From Tannerellaceae bacterium (lineage in GTDB: Bacteria; Bacteroidota; Bacteroidia; Bacteroidales; Tannerellaceae): DNA of 64,000 bases. The notes under the pieces are model-generated. The model searched no databases and was not told the origin of the DNA. It worked only from the letters and a program-made list of their open reading frames with translations. A program made the translations under genes and the position numbers. The stretch covers positions 25,378 through 89,377 of the forward strand of contig JAVBUH010000007.1 in the NCBI GenBank assembly GCA_031555505.1. Direction: 5' to 3'. This document shows, piece by piece, positions 45,781 through 54,671 of the stretch (the first letter of the stretch is position 1; every line of letters starts with the position of its first letter).

Positions 45781-46953
45781 TTAAATGTCGAGTTTATTAC
45801 GTTCGTACGACGGACGAGCTACGAAAATGTATACAAACAGAGAGAGCAGGCAACAGCCGGCACCGGTCAGGTAAGCCGCGTCCAAGCCAGCCCATGAAGA
45901 AATGAAGCCGGTAGCCAGCGTGCCAATTCCCACACCCAGATCGAAGGAAGTAAGGTAAGTGGAAGTAGCCGTACCGCGCAGGTGATGCGGCGCCACGTTG
46001 ACAAACAGGCATTGAAACGCCGGCACACAAACCCCGAAACTCAACCCGAGTGCCAGGGCACAGACAAAAAACGCCGAGGGCACATGCCACAAGGCAAATA
46101 CAGCAAACGAAGCAGCCAGACTGATAATAGCGCTAATCGCGACATGATGTATCTTGCCCCGGTCGACCAGCCGCCCTGACACCATACGTGCCACACCTAC
46201 ACCACCCGCAAAAAAGATAAAAAAGTAGCCCGGATCAGGGACATCGATCTCCCGTCCATACAGTACCACAAACGAGATCACCATCCCATAGGGAATAGCC
46301 ACCAGCATATACGACAAGGCGGCAGGCAACGCTTTTATCAGGATGAAACGGTCCAGTGAGAAAGGGGGGCGCTTTACCTTCTCCCGTTTCGGATACTGAA
46401 TCATGCAGACCGAAACAACGCCGACTATCGCCAAGGCCAGACTGACACCTACCAGCGGATGAAACCCATGTACTTCATAAAAAGCGACGGCAAACAACGG
46501 GGCAAGCGACATGGAAAGGTTCACTGTCAGCCCATAAAACCCCATCCCCTCTCCTCTTCGTTGCGACGGGATCACGTCAATGGCGATTGTATTCCCAGCC
46601 ACGGAGGTAAGCCCCATAAAACCGCCCTGAATAAAACGGACTGCCATAACCGTAGCCACGCTGGCGGCAAAAAAGTAACCGCCAAACAGGGCGGCAAACA
46701 AGATAAAGGAGTATAAATACAACGGTTTACGCGAGAAAATATCCACTATATAACCGGAAAAAGGGCGTACACACAACAGACCGATCGTATAACTGGATAA
46801 AGCAATCCCCACCTTCGACGTATCAATACCTAATTCTTCTACCAGATAAACCGGCATGGTAGGCATCAACATGTAGAAGGAAATGTTCATCAGGAAGTAG
46901 GAGATACAACACTGAATAAAGTCCCTGTTCCAAAGTACCGGCTTGTTTGCCAT
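45781..46953 (-). CDS. MFS transporter
   Basis: 390 aa with about 12 TM helices and the MFS loop motif GYIVDIFSRKP. Confidence 0.85.
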   Translation of the reverse strand: MANKPVLWNRDFIQCCISYFLMNISFYMLMPTMPVYLVEELGIDTSKVGIALSSYTIGLLCVRPFSGYIVDIFSRKPLYLYSFILFAALFGGYFFAASVATVMAVRFIQGGFMGLTSVAGNTIAIDVIPSQRRGEGMGFYGLTVNLSMSLAPLFAVAFYEVHGFHPLVGVSLALAIVGVVSVCMIQYPKREKVKRPPFSLDRFILIKALPAALSYMLVAIPYGMVISFVVLYGREIDVPDPGYFFIFFAGGVGVARMVSGRLVDRGKIHHVAISAIISLAASFAVFALWHVPSAFFVCALALGLSFGVCVPAFQCLFVNVAPHHLRGTATSTYLTSFDLGVGIGTLATGFISSWAGLDAAYLTGAGCCLLSLFVYIFVARPSYERNKLDI

Positions 46954-46999
46954 TTAACTCTTCGCTACTAACTACCTGTTCTAACTATTCTATTCAACC

Positions 47000-48880
47000 T
47001 TACGCCAGCTCACTTAGTTCAAGCCAGCGCATAGTTTTTTCGTCTATTGCATCAATCACCTGTGCCATGCGGGCTGATTGGACAAGCAGTTCATCATTGG
47101 AAAGCGTACCACTGCTCATAGCCGCTTCAAGAGCAAACTTTTCTTCTTCCAGGCATTGGATGTCGGCCTCAAGCGATTCAAACTCACGTTGTTCCTTGAA
47201 AGAAAGTTTCTTCTTGGGCTCGGAAGCGGTGCGCAACGGTTTCTCGGCCACTGGCTGTTTCGCCTGCCGGGTAGCCTCCGCTTCTTTCTCCTGCAGCAGT
47301 TGCACCTCCTGCCATTCGCGATACAACGTATAATTGCCGGGGAAGTCTTTGATATCGGCATCGCCACGGAACACCAACACATGGTCTACCACCTTGTCCA
47401 TAAAGTAACGATCATGCGAGACCACAATCACACAGCCTTTGAACTGTTGCAGGTATTCTTCCAGCACGTTGAGGGTGACGATATCAAGGTCGTTGGTCGG
47501 TTCATCGAGTACCAGGAAGTTGGGATTTGCCATCAACACCGTGCATAAGTAGAGGCGACGCTTTTCCCCTCCGCTCAATTTATACACATAGCTGTGCTGT
47601 TTCTCGGGTGTGAAAAGAAAATAGTTGAGAAATTGGGAAACACCCATCTTTCGGCCATCACCAAGATCAACATATTCAGCAATATCCTGCACTACATCAA
47701 TCACCTTCATTTGCTCGTCAAATTGCAGGCCATCCTGGCTGTAATATCCAAAACGAACCGTTTCGCCGATATCGAAATGTCCGCTGTCAGGCACCACGTC
47801 ACCGATCAACATCTTAATAAAGGTAGACTTGCCCGTTCCGTTATTACCTACAATACCCAACTTCTCGTAACGGGCAAAAGTGTAGTTGAAATCGTCTGTG
47901 ATGCGGAGGTTGCCGAACCGCTTCGATACATGCACGGCGTCGAATATCTTGGATCCGATATAAGTAGCCTTCACGTCCAGGTTTACACGGGCATTATCGC
48001 GCCGTTGCTTAGCCTGCTTTTCCAATTCGTAAAAAGCGTCGATACGGTATTTGGCTTTCGTCCCGCGTGCCTGTGGCTGGCGGCGCATCCAGTCGAGTTC
48101 CTTGCGGTAGAGATTATTGGCCCGTTCCACATCGGCATGGAAAGCGTCGAGGCGTTCCTGTCGCTTTTCCAAATAATAGCTATAGTTGCCTTTATAGGGG
48201 TACAACTGCCCATGGTCTATCTCGATGATCTCGTTGCACACACGGTCAAGGAAATAACGGTCGTGCGTCACCATCAGCAAGCTGATATTGGCGCGGCTGA
48301 GGTAACCTTCGAGCCATTCGGTCATATCGAGGTCGAGGTGGTTGGTAGGTTCGTCAAGCAGGATCAGCTCCGGTTCATTGATCAGGACGTTGGCCAGCGC
48401 CACACGTTTCAACTGGCCGCCCGACAACGTTTCTACCTGCTGGTCGAAATGGACAATCTTCAACTGCCCAAGGATCTGCTTGGCGCGCTGTTCATAATCC
48501 CATGCCTTCTGATGATCCATCCGGGTGAGGATATCTTCCATGTGAGCTGTATCACCCCCGGCCATGGCAGCTTCATACTCTGCAATGAGTTGCACGGTAT
48601 CGTTGGCTGCATAGAAACAAGCCTGAAGCACGGTAAGTCCTGCCGGATAAGCAGGCGATTGTTCCAGGTAACCTACGCGCAGGTCGTTGCGGAATACCAC
48701 CGAACCACTGTCATAATCTTCCTTCCCGGCAATGATATTCATCAGGGTAGTCTTACCTGTTCCATTCTTGGCGATCAACCCAATCTTCTGCCCTTGCGCC
48801 ACGCCGAAGGTCATGTCCTCGAAAAGGACGGTCTCGCCAAAACTCTTTTTCAACCGGTCTATTTGCAGGTAACTAACCAT
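47000..48880 (-). CDS. ABC-F family ATPase (Uup-like, C-terminal coiled coil)
   Basis: 626 aa. Both cassettes are canonical: AKNGTGKTT/LSGGQ/LLDEPTNHLD and [28 protein letters not shown] -7 box lies 31 nt upstream. Confidence 0.9.
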   Translation of the reverse strand: MVSYLQIDRLKKSFGETVLFEDMTFGVAQGQKIGLIAKNGTGKTTLMNIIAGKEDYDSGSVVFRNDLRVGYLEQSPAYPAGLTVLQACFYAANDTVQLIAEYEAAMAGGDTAHMEDILTRMDHQKAWDYEQRAKQILGQLKIVHFDQQVETLSGGQLKRVALANVLINEPELILLDEPTNHLDLDMTEWLEGYLSRANISLLMVTHDRYFLDRVCNEIIEIDHGQLYPYKGNYSYYLEKRQERLDAFHADVERANNLYRKELDWMRRQPQARGTKAKYRIDAFYELEKQAKQRRDNARVNLDVKATYIGSKIFDAVHVSKRFGNLRITDDFNYTFARYEKLGIVGNNGTGKSTFIKMLIGDVVPDSGHFDIGETVRFGYYSQDGLQFDEQMKVIDVVQDIAEYVDLGDGRKMGVSQFLNYFLFTPEKQHSYVYKLSGGEKRRLYLCTVLMANPNFLVLDEPTNDLDIVTLNVLEEYLQQFKGCVIVVSHDRYFMDKVVDHVLVFRGDADIKDFPGNYTLYREWQEVQLLQEKEAEATRQAKQPVAEKPLRTASEPKKKLSFKEQREFESLEADIQCLEEEKFALEAAMSSGTLSNDELLVQSARMAQVIDAIDEKTMRWLELSELA

Positions 48881-48911
48881 GTATATACTCCTTTAAATGT
48901 ATTTTAGTGGA

Positions 48912-48919
48912 CAAAGGTA
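48912..48919 (-). promoter_or_regulatory. Bacteroides-type -7 promoter box
   Basis: The minus strand reads TACCTTTG, 31 nt before ATG 48880 (Uup-like ABC-F). Confidence 0.55.
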
Positions 48920-49004
48920 GGAAAACAGCGAAGAATACGGCCAAAAGGGCGTATGAAGTTTAACAAAAAGCAACAATCGTATCTGAAAAGAGAACGGGAT
49001 TTCC

Positions 49005-49012
49005 TACCTTTG
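49005..49012 (+). promoter_or_regulatory. Bacteroides-type -7 promoter box
   Basis: TACCTTTG, 34 nt before ATG 49047 (transporter-murK-murQ). Confidence 0.55.
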
Positions 49013-49046
49013 CGCCGAAATACAAACTGTATAAAGAAAGAACCCT

Positions 49047-50474
49047 ATGTTGACTGTCATGATTCTCGTATTCCTGGTCGGTTATCTGTTGATCGCACTA
49101 GAACATCCAATCAAGATTAATAAAGCAGGAACGGCATTGCTGACCGGAACCATCCTGTGGGTAATCTACACACTGATTGCCCATGATTACATTCCAACGG
49201 TATCGGCCAACGCTTTCCGGCTCTTCCTGGAAGCCCATCCGGATTTCAAATCACTCCCGTTTGTAGATCAATGTTTCCATTTTGTAGTTGAACATCAAGT
49301 GCTTGAAACGATCGGTGAGATCTGCGAAACGCTGATCTTCCTTGTTGGCGCGATGGTTACGGTAGAACTGATCGACTCCCACGGGGGATTCATGTTCATC
49401 ATCAACAAAATCACCACACGCAACAAACGGAAACTGTTGTGCCTGATTGCCGTCATCACCTTTTTTATGTCGGCCATACTGGACAACCTGACCACATCCA
49501 TCGTAATGATCATGCTGATCCGGAAGCTACTCGGCAACTATAAAGAGCGGTGGGTATTCGGCAGTATTATCATTATCGCAGCCAACAGTGGCGGCGCCTG
49601 GTCTCCCATTGGCGACGTAACTACGATCATGCTGTGGGTAAGAGGAAATATATCCACCTCTGCCACCATCCCGCATCTGATCATCCCGAGCATTATATCG
49701 GCTCTGATACCTGTCTTGCTCACACTGCCCCGGTTGCATGGGGATATTACCCCTCCCAATACGTTTGCATATGATCATAACGAGCTACTACTGAAAGAGC
49801 TACCCCAGAAAGATAAGTTATCGATCCTTATCCTGGGAGTAGCCTGCCTGGTGTTCGTGCCCATTTTCAAGACGATCACCCACCTGCCGCCATTCATGGG
49901 TATCCTGATGGGGGTAGGATTATTGTGGATATTCACCGAGATCATGTACCAACGCAATACAATGGATGAAAGTATGAAACTGCGCCTGTCTAAAGTAGTG
50001 CAACGTATCGACGGATCCACCTTGTTATTCTTCCTCGGTATCTTGTTGGCGGTAGATGCCCTGCGAGCCAGTGGTCTTCTGGGTAGTTTTTCTATTTGGA
50101 TGGATCAAACAATCGGGAATGTATATCTGGTCAACATCATTATCGGAGCTATGTCTGCCATTGTAGATAACGTTCCGCTGGTAGCCGGCGCGATCGGCAT
50201 GTATCCGGTAGCCAATGAAGCAATGGTAGCTGCCGCTGCCGATCCGGTATATATGGCCTACTTTATGGAAGACGGCGCTTTCTGGCAATTCCTGGCTTAT
50301 TGCGCCGGCGTGGGTGGCAGCATGCTGATTATCGGTTCGGCTGCCGGCGTGGTGGTGATGGGATTGGAACGGATCAACTTTATCTGGTATCTGAAAAATA
50401 TAACCTGGATCGCTGCGATTGGTTACCTGGCAGGAGCCGGTGTTTATCTGTTACAGGAATTCCTGTTGGCATAA
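49047..50474 (+). CDS. NhaD/ArsB-type ion-transporter-superfamily permease (candidate MurT-like MurNAc transporter)
   Basis: 475 aa, polytopic. It is the first gene of a three-gene unit with a BadF-type kinase and MurQ. A -7 box lies 34 nt upstream. Confidence 0.7.
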   Translation: MLTVMILVFLVGYLLIALEHPIKINKAGTALLTGTILWVIYTLIAHDYIPTVSANAFRLFLEAHPDFKSLPFVDQCFHFVVEHQVLETIGEICETLIFLVGAMVTVELIDSHGGFMFIINKITTRNKRKLLCLIAVITFFMSAILDNLTTSIVMIMLIRKLLGNYKERWVFGSIIIIAANSGGAWSPIGDVTTIMLWVRGNISTSATIPHLIIPSIISALIPVLLTLPRLHGDITPPNTFAYDHNELLLKELPQKDKLSILILGVACLVFVPIFKTITHLPPFMGILMGVGLLWIFTEIMYQRNTMDESMKLRLSKVVQRIDGSTLLFFLGILLAVDALRASGLLGSFSIWMDQTIGNVYLVNIIIGAMSAIVDNVPLVAGAIGMYPVANEAMVAAAADPVYMAYFMEDGAFWQFLAYCAGVGGSMLIIGSAAGVVVMGLERINFIWYLKNITWIAAIGYLAGAGVYLLQEFLLA

Positions 50475-50494
50475 TAACCATTATTCTTTGTATC

Positions 50495-51337
50495 ATGATA
50501 CTGATAGCAGACAGCGGTTCAACAAAAACGGAATGGTGTGTATCCCAAGACGGTATACCCGTCCGGCAGATCCGGACAAACGGCACCAATCCCTTTTTCC
50601 AGTCGGCCTGCGAAATCGCCGGTGAACTGGAACAGGCATTGTTCCCGGCCATCAGCGACCTGCCGATAGACGCGGTCTGCTTTTACGGTGCAGGTTGCGC
50701 CTTCCCTGAAAAAAACAAGATCATTGCCGACTGTATACAGGCGCGGCTGCCTGTACCGGTAGAAGTGTACAGCGACCTGGTTGGCGCCGCCCGGGCATTG
50801 CTCGGCCACAAGGCTGGTATTGCCTGTATCCTGGGCACAGGTTCCAATTCGTGCTTGTATGATGGAGAAAAAATCGTACAACAAACCCCTGCCCTGGGAT
50901 ATATCCTGGGCGACGAAGGCAGTGGTGCCGTATTGGGCAAACTGCTGGTAGGCGACTGCCTGAAAAAGCAATGGCCACAATCACTCATCGACAGCTTCCT
51001 TGACCGGTACCAACTGACGCAGGCTTCTATCCTGGAACGGGTGTACAAACAGCCTTTTCCCAATAGGTTTCTGGCTTCCCTGGTGCCGTTCCTCCACGAC
51101 CATCTCAACGAAGAACCGGTGTACCGGCTTGTTTACAACAGTTTTAGCCAGTTCTTTATCCGTAACATACTTTCCTATCCCAATGCCTCTCAGTACCCGA
51201 TCGGCTGTACCGGTTCGGTAGCCTGGTACTTCCGTGATGTATTGCAGGATGCAGCCCATTCGCAAGGATTACACCTCGGCGAGATCCGGCAGGCTCCGAT
51301 GGAAGGATTGATCACCTATCATTCAACAATATACTAA
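50495..51337 (+). CDS. murK: BadF/BadG/BcrA/BcrD-type sugar kinase (candidate MurNAc kinase)
   Basis: ORF 50300..51337 trimmed to ATG 50495 (MILIADSGSTKTEW), because the longer form overlaps the transporter gene. ASKHA-fold motifs ADSGSTKT and ILGTGSN. Confidence 0.65.
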   Translation: MILIADSGSTKTEWCVSQDGIPVRQIRTNGTNPFFQSACEIAGELEQALFPAISDLPIDAVCFYGAGCAFPEKNKIIADCIQARLPVPVEVYSDLVGAARALLGHKAGIACILGTGSNSCLYDGEKIVQQTPALGYILGDEGSGAVLGKLLVGDCLKKQWPQSLIDSFLDRYQLTQASILERVYKQPFPNRFLASLVPFLHDHLNEEPVYRLVYNSFSQFFIRNILSYPNASQYPIGCTGSVAWYFRDVLQDAAHSQGLHLGEIRQAPMEGLITYHSTIY

Positions 51338-51341
51338 TGCG

Positions 51342-52172
51342 ATGGCTTTTCAAAAGATAACAGAATCAGAATCTTTATACCACAACCTGGAACAGATGTC
51401 TGTACAGGAACTGCTGGAGAGTATCAACCGGGAAGACCAGAAAGTGGCACTGGCCGTACAAAAAGAAATCCCGAAGATAGAGCAACTGGTAAGCAACATA
51501 GTAGACCGGATGCTACAAGGTGGCCGCCTTTTTTATCTGGGAGCCGGCACCAGCGGACGGTTGGGCGTACTGGACGCTTCGGAGATTCCTCCCACATACG
51601 GTATGCCGAAGACATTGGTGATCGGCCTGATCGCCGGTGGCGACACCGCCTTACGCAATCCGGTGGAAGCGGCCGAAGACAATGAAACCAGAGGTTGGGA
51701 AGAACTCGAAGAACGACATATCAACGAGAAAGATACAGTAGTAGGTATCGCAGCCTCAGGCACTACTCCATACGTGATCGGCGCCCTGCGCGAAGCCCGC
51801 AGGCGGGGAATCCTCACAGCCTCTATCGCCTGCAATCCCGATTCGCCTATGGCTGCGGCAGCCGATATGGCCATCGAACCGGTGGTAGGCCCCGAATTTG
51901 TTACAGGCAGCACGCGGATGAAGAGCGGAACAGCCCAGAAGATGATCCTCAACATGATCACCACATCCGTCATGATCAAACTCGGACGCGTAAAAGGTAA
52001 CCGGATGGTCAATATGCAACTCACCAACCAGAAGTTGGTAGACCGTGGCACACGCATGATCATGGAAGAGCTCCAATTGGATTACGAGCAAGCCAAAAAT
52101 CTGTTATTGCTACATGGTTCGGTTCGTGAAGCCGTTGAATCATTCCACCGCCAATGGCGATTAAATCAATAA
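51342..52172 (+). CDS. murQ: N-acetylmuramic acid 6-phosphate etherase
   Basis: 276 aa with a SIS domain. Motifs GRLFYLGAGTSGRLGVLDASE and IAASGTTPYV. Confidence 0.9.
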   Translation: MAFQKITESESLYHNLEQMSVQELLESINREDQKVALAVQKEIPKIEQLVSNIVDRMLQGGRLFYLGAGTSGRLGVLDASEIPPTYGMPKTLVIGLIAGGDTALRNPVEAAEDNETRGWEELEERHINEKDTVVGIAASGTTPYVIGALREARRRGILTASIACNPDSPMAAAADMAIEPVVGPEFVTGSTRMKSGTAQKMILNMITTSVMIKLGRVKGNRMVNMQLTNQKLVDRGTRMIMEELQLDYEQAKNLLLLHGSVREAVESFHRQWRLNQ

Positions 52173-52200
52173 AGGCTTTCCTGACAACAGGATGTTTTTG

Positions 52201-52208
52201 TACCTTTG
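52201..52208 (+). promoter_or_regulatory. Bacteroides-type -7 promoter box
   Basis: TACCTTTG, 31 nt before ATG 52240. Confidence 0.55.
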
Positions 52209-52239
52209 TCTCCCGTTAATCATTAAACAGTAGTAAGGA

Positions 52240-52881
52240 ATGAGTATATTCTCCAAATTATTCGGCAAGAAGCAGAGCGAAGCTGAAGGTGTAGGCGAAC
52301 GCACGGTTGAAGAGTTCGTCATGTTGATCCGCGTGTACTATCAGGGCGTTATGGCCATGAACCTGGGTATTACCAACCTGCAAATGTTGCCAGACCTGGC
52401 TCTGTTCAAACGTATGCTGAAGATACCGACCCAGAACAACAAACTGGGCGTAGCCGAAAAATCACGTGTACGTAAGATATTAATGCAAGACTATGGCCTG
52501 AACGAAGACTTCTTCAAAGAGATCGACGCTTCTGTCAAGAAAAACTGCAAGTCCCAACAGCATGTACAGGCTTACTTCTTCCAGTTCCAGGGCTTCTGCA
52601 ACGACCTGTTTACCCAACTCGAAAGCCTGATGGGACTAAAGTTCCGCTTCTCCATCCTGGTCAAGAAACTACTGCGTGTCCAGACTGAGAAAACCGTACA
52701 CGAGATCATGACCAAACAGGAATGGAAAGAGGTCAAAGACCAGAAAGGCGCCTGGGCCATCCGCAAATACGCCGAAACCCTTGGCTACTCCGAACAATGG
52801 ATCACAGACCTTGTCTACAACGTAGTGGTGTTAGCCCGGAAGTCCGGCAAACAGGATGCAAAACGGAATAAAGAAGAGTAA
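52240..52881 (+). CDS. Hypothetical protein
   Basis: 213-aa ORF with a -7 box 31 nt upstream and a terminator downstream. No family recognised. Confidence 0.5.
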   Translation: MSIFSKLFGKKQSEAEGVGERTVEEFVMLIRVYYQGVMAMNLGITNLQMLPDLALFKRMLKIPTQNNKLGVAEKSRVRKILMQDYGLNEDFFKEIDASVKKNCKSQQHVQAYFFQFQGFCNDLFTQLESLMGLKFRFSILVKKLLRVQTEKTVHEIMTKQEWKEVKDQKGAWAIRKYAETLGYSEQWITDLVYNVVVLARKSGKQDAKRNKEE

Positions 52882-52900
52882 CTACCGGTTACCCTGACAT

Positions 52901-52947
52901 AAAACGGCTGTCCGAACAGAATTATTCAATTCCCGGACAGCCGTTTT
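52901..52947. terminator. Bidirectional intrinsic terminator
   Basis: AAAACGGCTGTCCG-N19-CGGACAGCCGTTTT, with an 11-bp GC-rich stem flanked by A- and T-runs. Confidence 0.75.
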
Positions 52948-52955
52948 CTTATCTC

Positions 52956-54611
52956 TCAGTGTGCAATAGCCGGTAAAATATAGTCGGCCAGCATGGCTGC
53001 CACCTGCGTATGCGCGTATGGCTGTCCGTAAGCGCTGGAGGTGATGACAATCACCCAGGGCTGGTCTTTAAAGACCAGGATATAGTTGCCGCCATTACCG
53101 GCACAATAAAAGGCTTCATACAGTTGGCCATTCACCCGGAAGCACTTATTCCAAAACAGATAGCCATAGTATTCATGGTCCCTTCCGGCAATCGGTTCCT
53201 GGTGGGTGAAGCTTTGATCTACCCACGTTTTGGGTAAGATCTGTATTTCATTCCACATCCCCCCGTTTTGATACAGTTGCCCGTATTTGGCAAAATCCAA
53301 CGCGCACAGTTGTATACCACCGGCGGTATTTGGCACCTGCTGAGGGGTATACTGCCATTGGTAACGGGTGATACCTAAAGGTTTAAACAGTTTCTTATCG
53401 GCATATTTATCCAGACCTTCCGGGACTGTTTTATTCAGCACATCACCCAGCACCACCACACCAGCCGTAAAATAGTGCCATTGCCCTCTCATAGTATCCT
53501 GGAAAGGCAGGTCTAAGGCAAATTTCACCCAATCGTCCGTGGGATACATATTCTCTTCGTTGCCGGGTGAATGGGCATCTTCATCATTACCCTCAAATCC
53601 GGAACTCATCGTAAGGAGTTCCTGTATACTGGTATTTCCCTTTCCCGGGTGAGGGTGTTCGAAACGATCGAAATTGTAAAAGTCCTTTAGCGGCTGGTCT
53701 TCGCTTCTGATAAAACCGTCTGCGATGGCCATTCCCATTACCGTAGAAGCAAAAGACTTGCCTACAGAGCGTGGGTCGTGCAATGTGCTTCTGTCTGCAC
53801 CGTTGAAATATTCCTCGATCAGCAATTCGCCGTTGCTAATCACCACTACACTGTTTATCTTCTTGAAAACACCTTCATCAACAGCCGCTTTCAATTCCTT
53901 TATTTTAGTGGTATCAAAAGACCGGTGGGATACCGGAAATCCATTATAAGGAAGCACTTCGCTTAGCTGCGTATGGGATATATCCAACACGGGATGCCGC
54001 AACACCTCTATAGCCAATTCGCCACTGGCCATTAACTCTCCGGTCTTCACCTCACTGCCGGAGGCCACATACGGACGAATTTCCATACGCAACCGATGAC
54101 TTCCGTCTGTCAACGCCCGATCTCCCCCGTTAGCAAGAAATCTGTTCCAGAAAGACTCGCTCCAGGAGCCTTGTCCGTTCACATTGTCTACCAAGGGACG
54201 GTTCATACGGGTGGCGGTATCCTGATATTTTGCCTGCGGCGCTCCCGGAAGCAGGTTACTCCGGTAAATCTCTTCACCATCTACAAACAAAGTAAACTGG
54301 AAGTTGCCAACCCTAAACAGGGAATCGGCAAATAAACCGGGCTCTAAACCATGTTTATAGTTGGTGAGTGAGTTGTCGAAAAAGGCGACAAAAAACAGGT
54401 CGCTCTTATTGGTGAGTGTATAGGTATGCAGGAAATCGGAGGATTGTAAGGAATCATCCGCTACGCGCTTGCCGGTAAAGAACAACTTACCGACATTCTT
54501 TTTGTGCAACTCTGTTGTTACACCTGCCGTTTCTACAAGATCAGACACCTGTGCCGATACCGCGAAGGAAGCACACAGGAAAAAGCAACACCATATACCG
54601 GGATATTTCAT
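52956..54611 (-). CDS. Serine hydrolase (class C beta-lactamase / PBP4* family) with N-terminal accessory domain
   Basis: 551 aa with a signal peptide. An SxxK motif (PRSVGKSF) opens the C-terminal ~320-aa domain. Confidence 0.75.
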   Translation of the reverse strand: MKYPGIWCCFFLCASFAVSAQVSDLVETAGVTTELHKKNVGKLFFTGKRVADDSLQSSDFLHTYTLTNKSDLFFVAFFDNSLTNYKHGLEPGLFADSLFRVGNFQFTLFVDGEEIYRSNLLPGAPQAKYQDTATRMNRPLVDNVNGQGSWSESFWNRFLANGGDRALTDGSHRLRMEIRPYVASGSEVKTGELMASGELAIEVLRHPVLDISHTQLSEVLPYNGFPVSHRSFDTTKIKELKAAVDEGVFKKINSVVVISNGELLIEEYFNGADRSTLHDPRSVGKSFASTVMGMAIADGFIRSEDQPLKDFYNFDRFEHPHPGKGNTSIQELLTMSSGFEGNDEDAHSPGNEENMYPTDDWVKFALDLPFQDTMRGQWHYFTAGVVVLGDVLNKTVPEGLDKYADKKLFKPLGITRYQWQYTPQQVPNTAGGIQLCALDFAKYGQLYQNGGMWNEIQILPKTWVDQSFTHQEPIAGRDHEYYGYLFWNKCFRVNGQLYEAFYCAGNGGNYILVFKDQPWVIVITSSAYGQPYAHTQVAAMLADYILPAIAH

Positions 54612-54671
54612 CTTTCAGTCCTCCACTTTGAGACCACAAACATAGTATATTCTTTTGTACGCAGCGGCACA

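Noticed and set aside
47594-48907. 437-aa plus-strand ORF
   Set aside because: It is antisense to the canonical Uup-like ABC-F gene (47000..48880), which has both full ABC cassettes. It is a shadow ORF.
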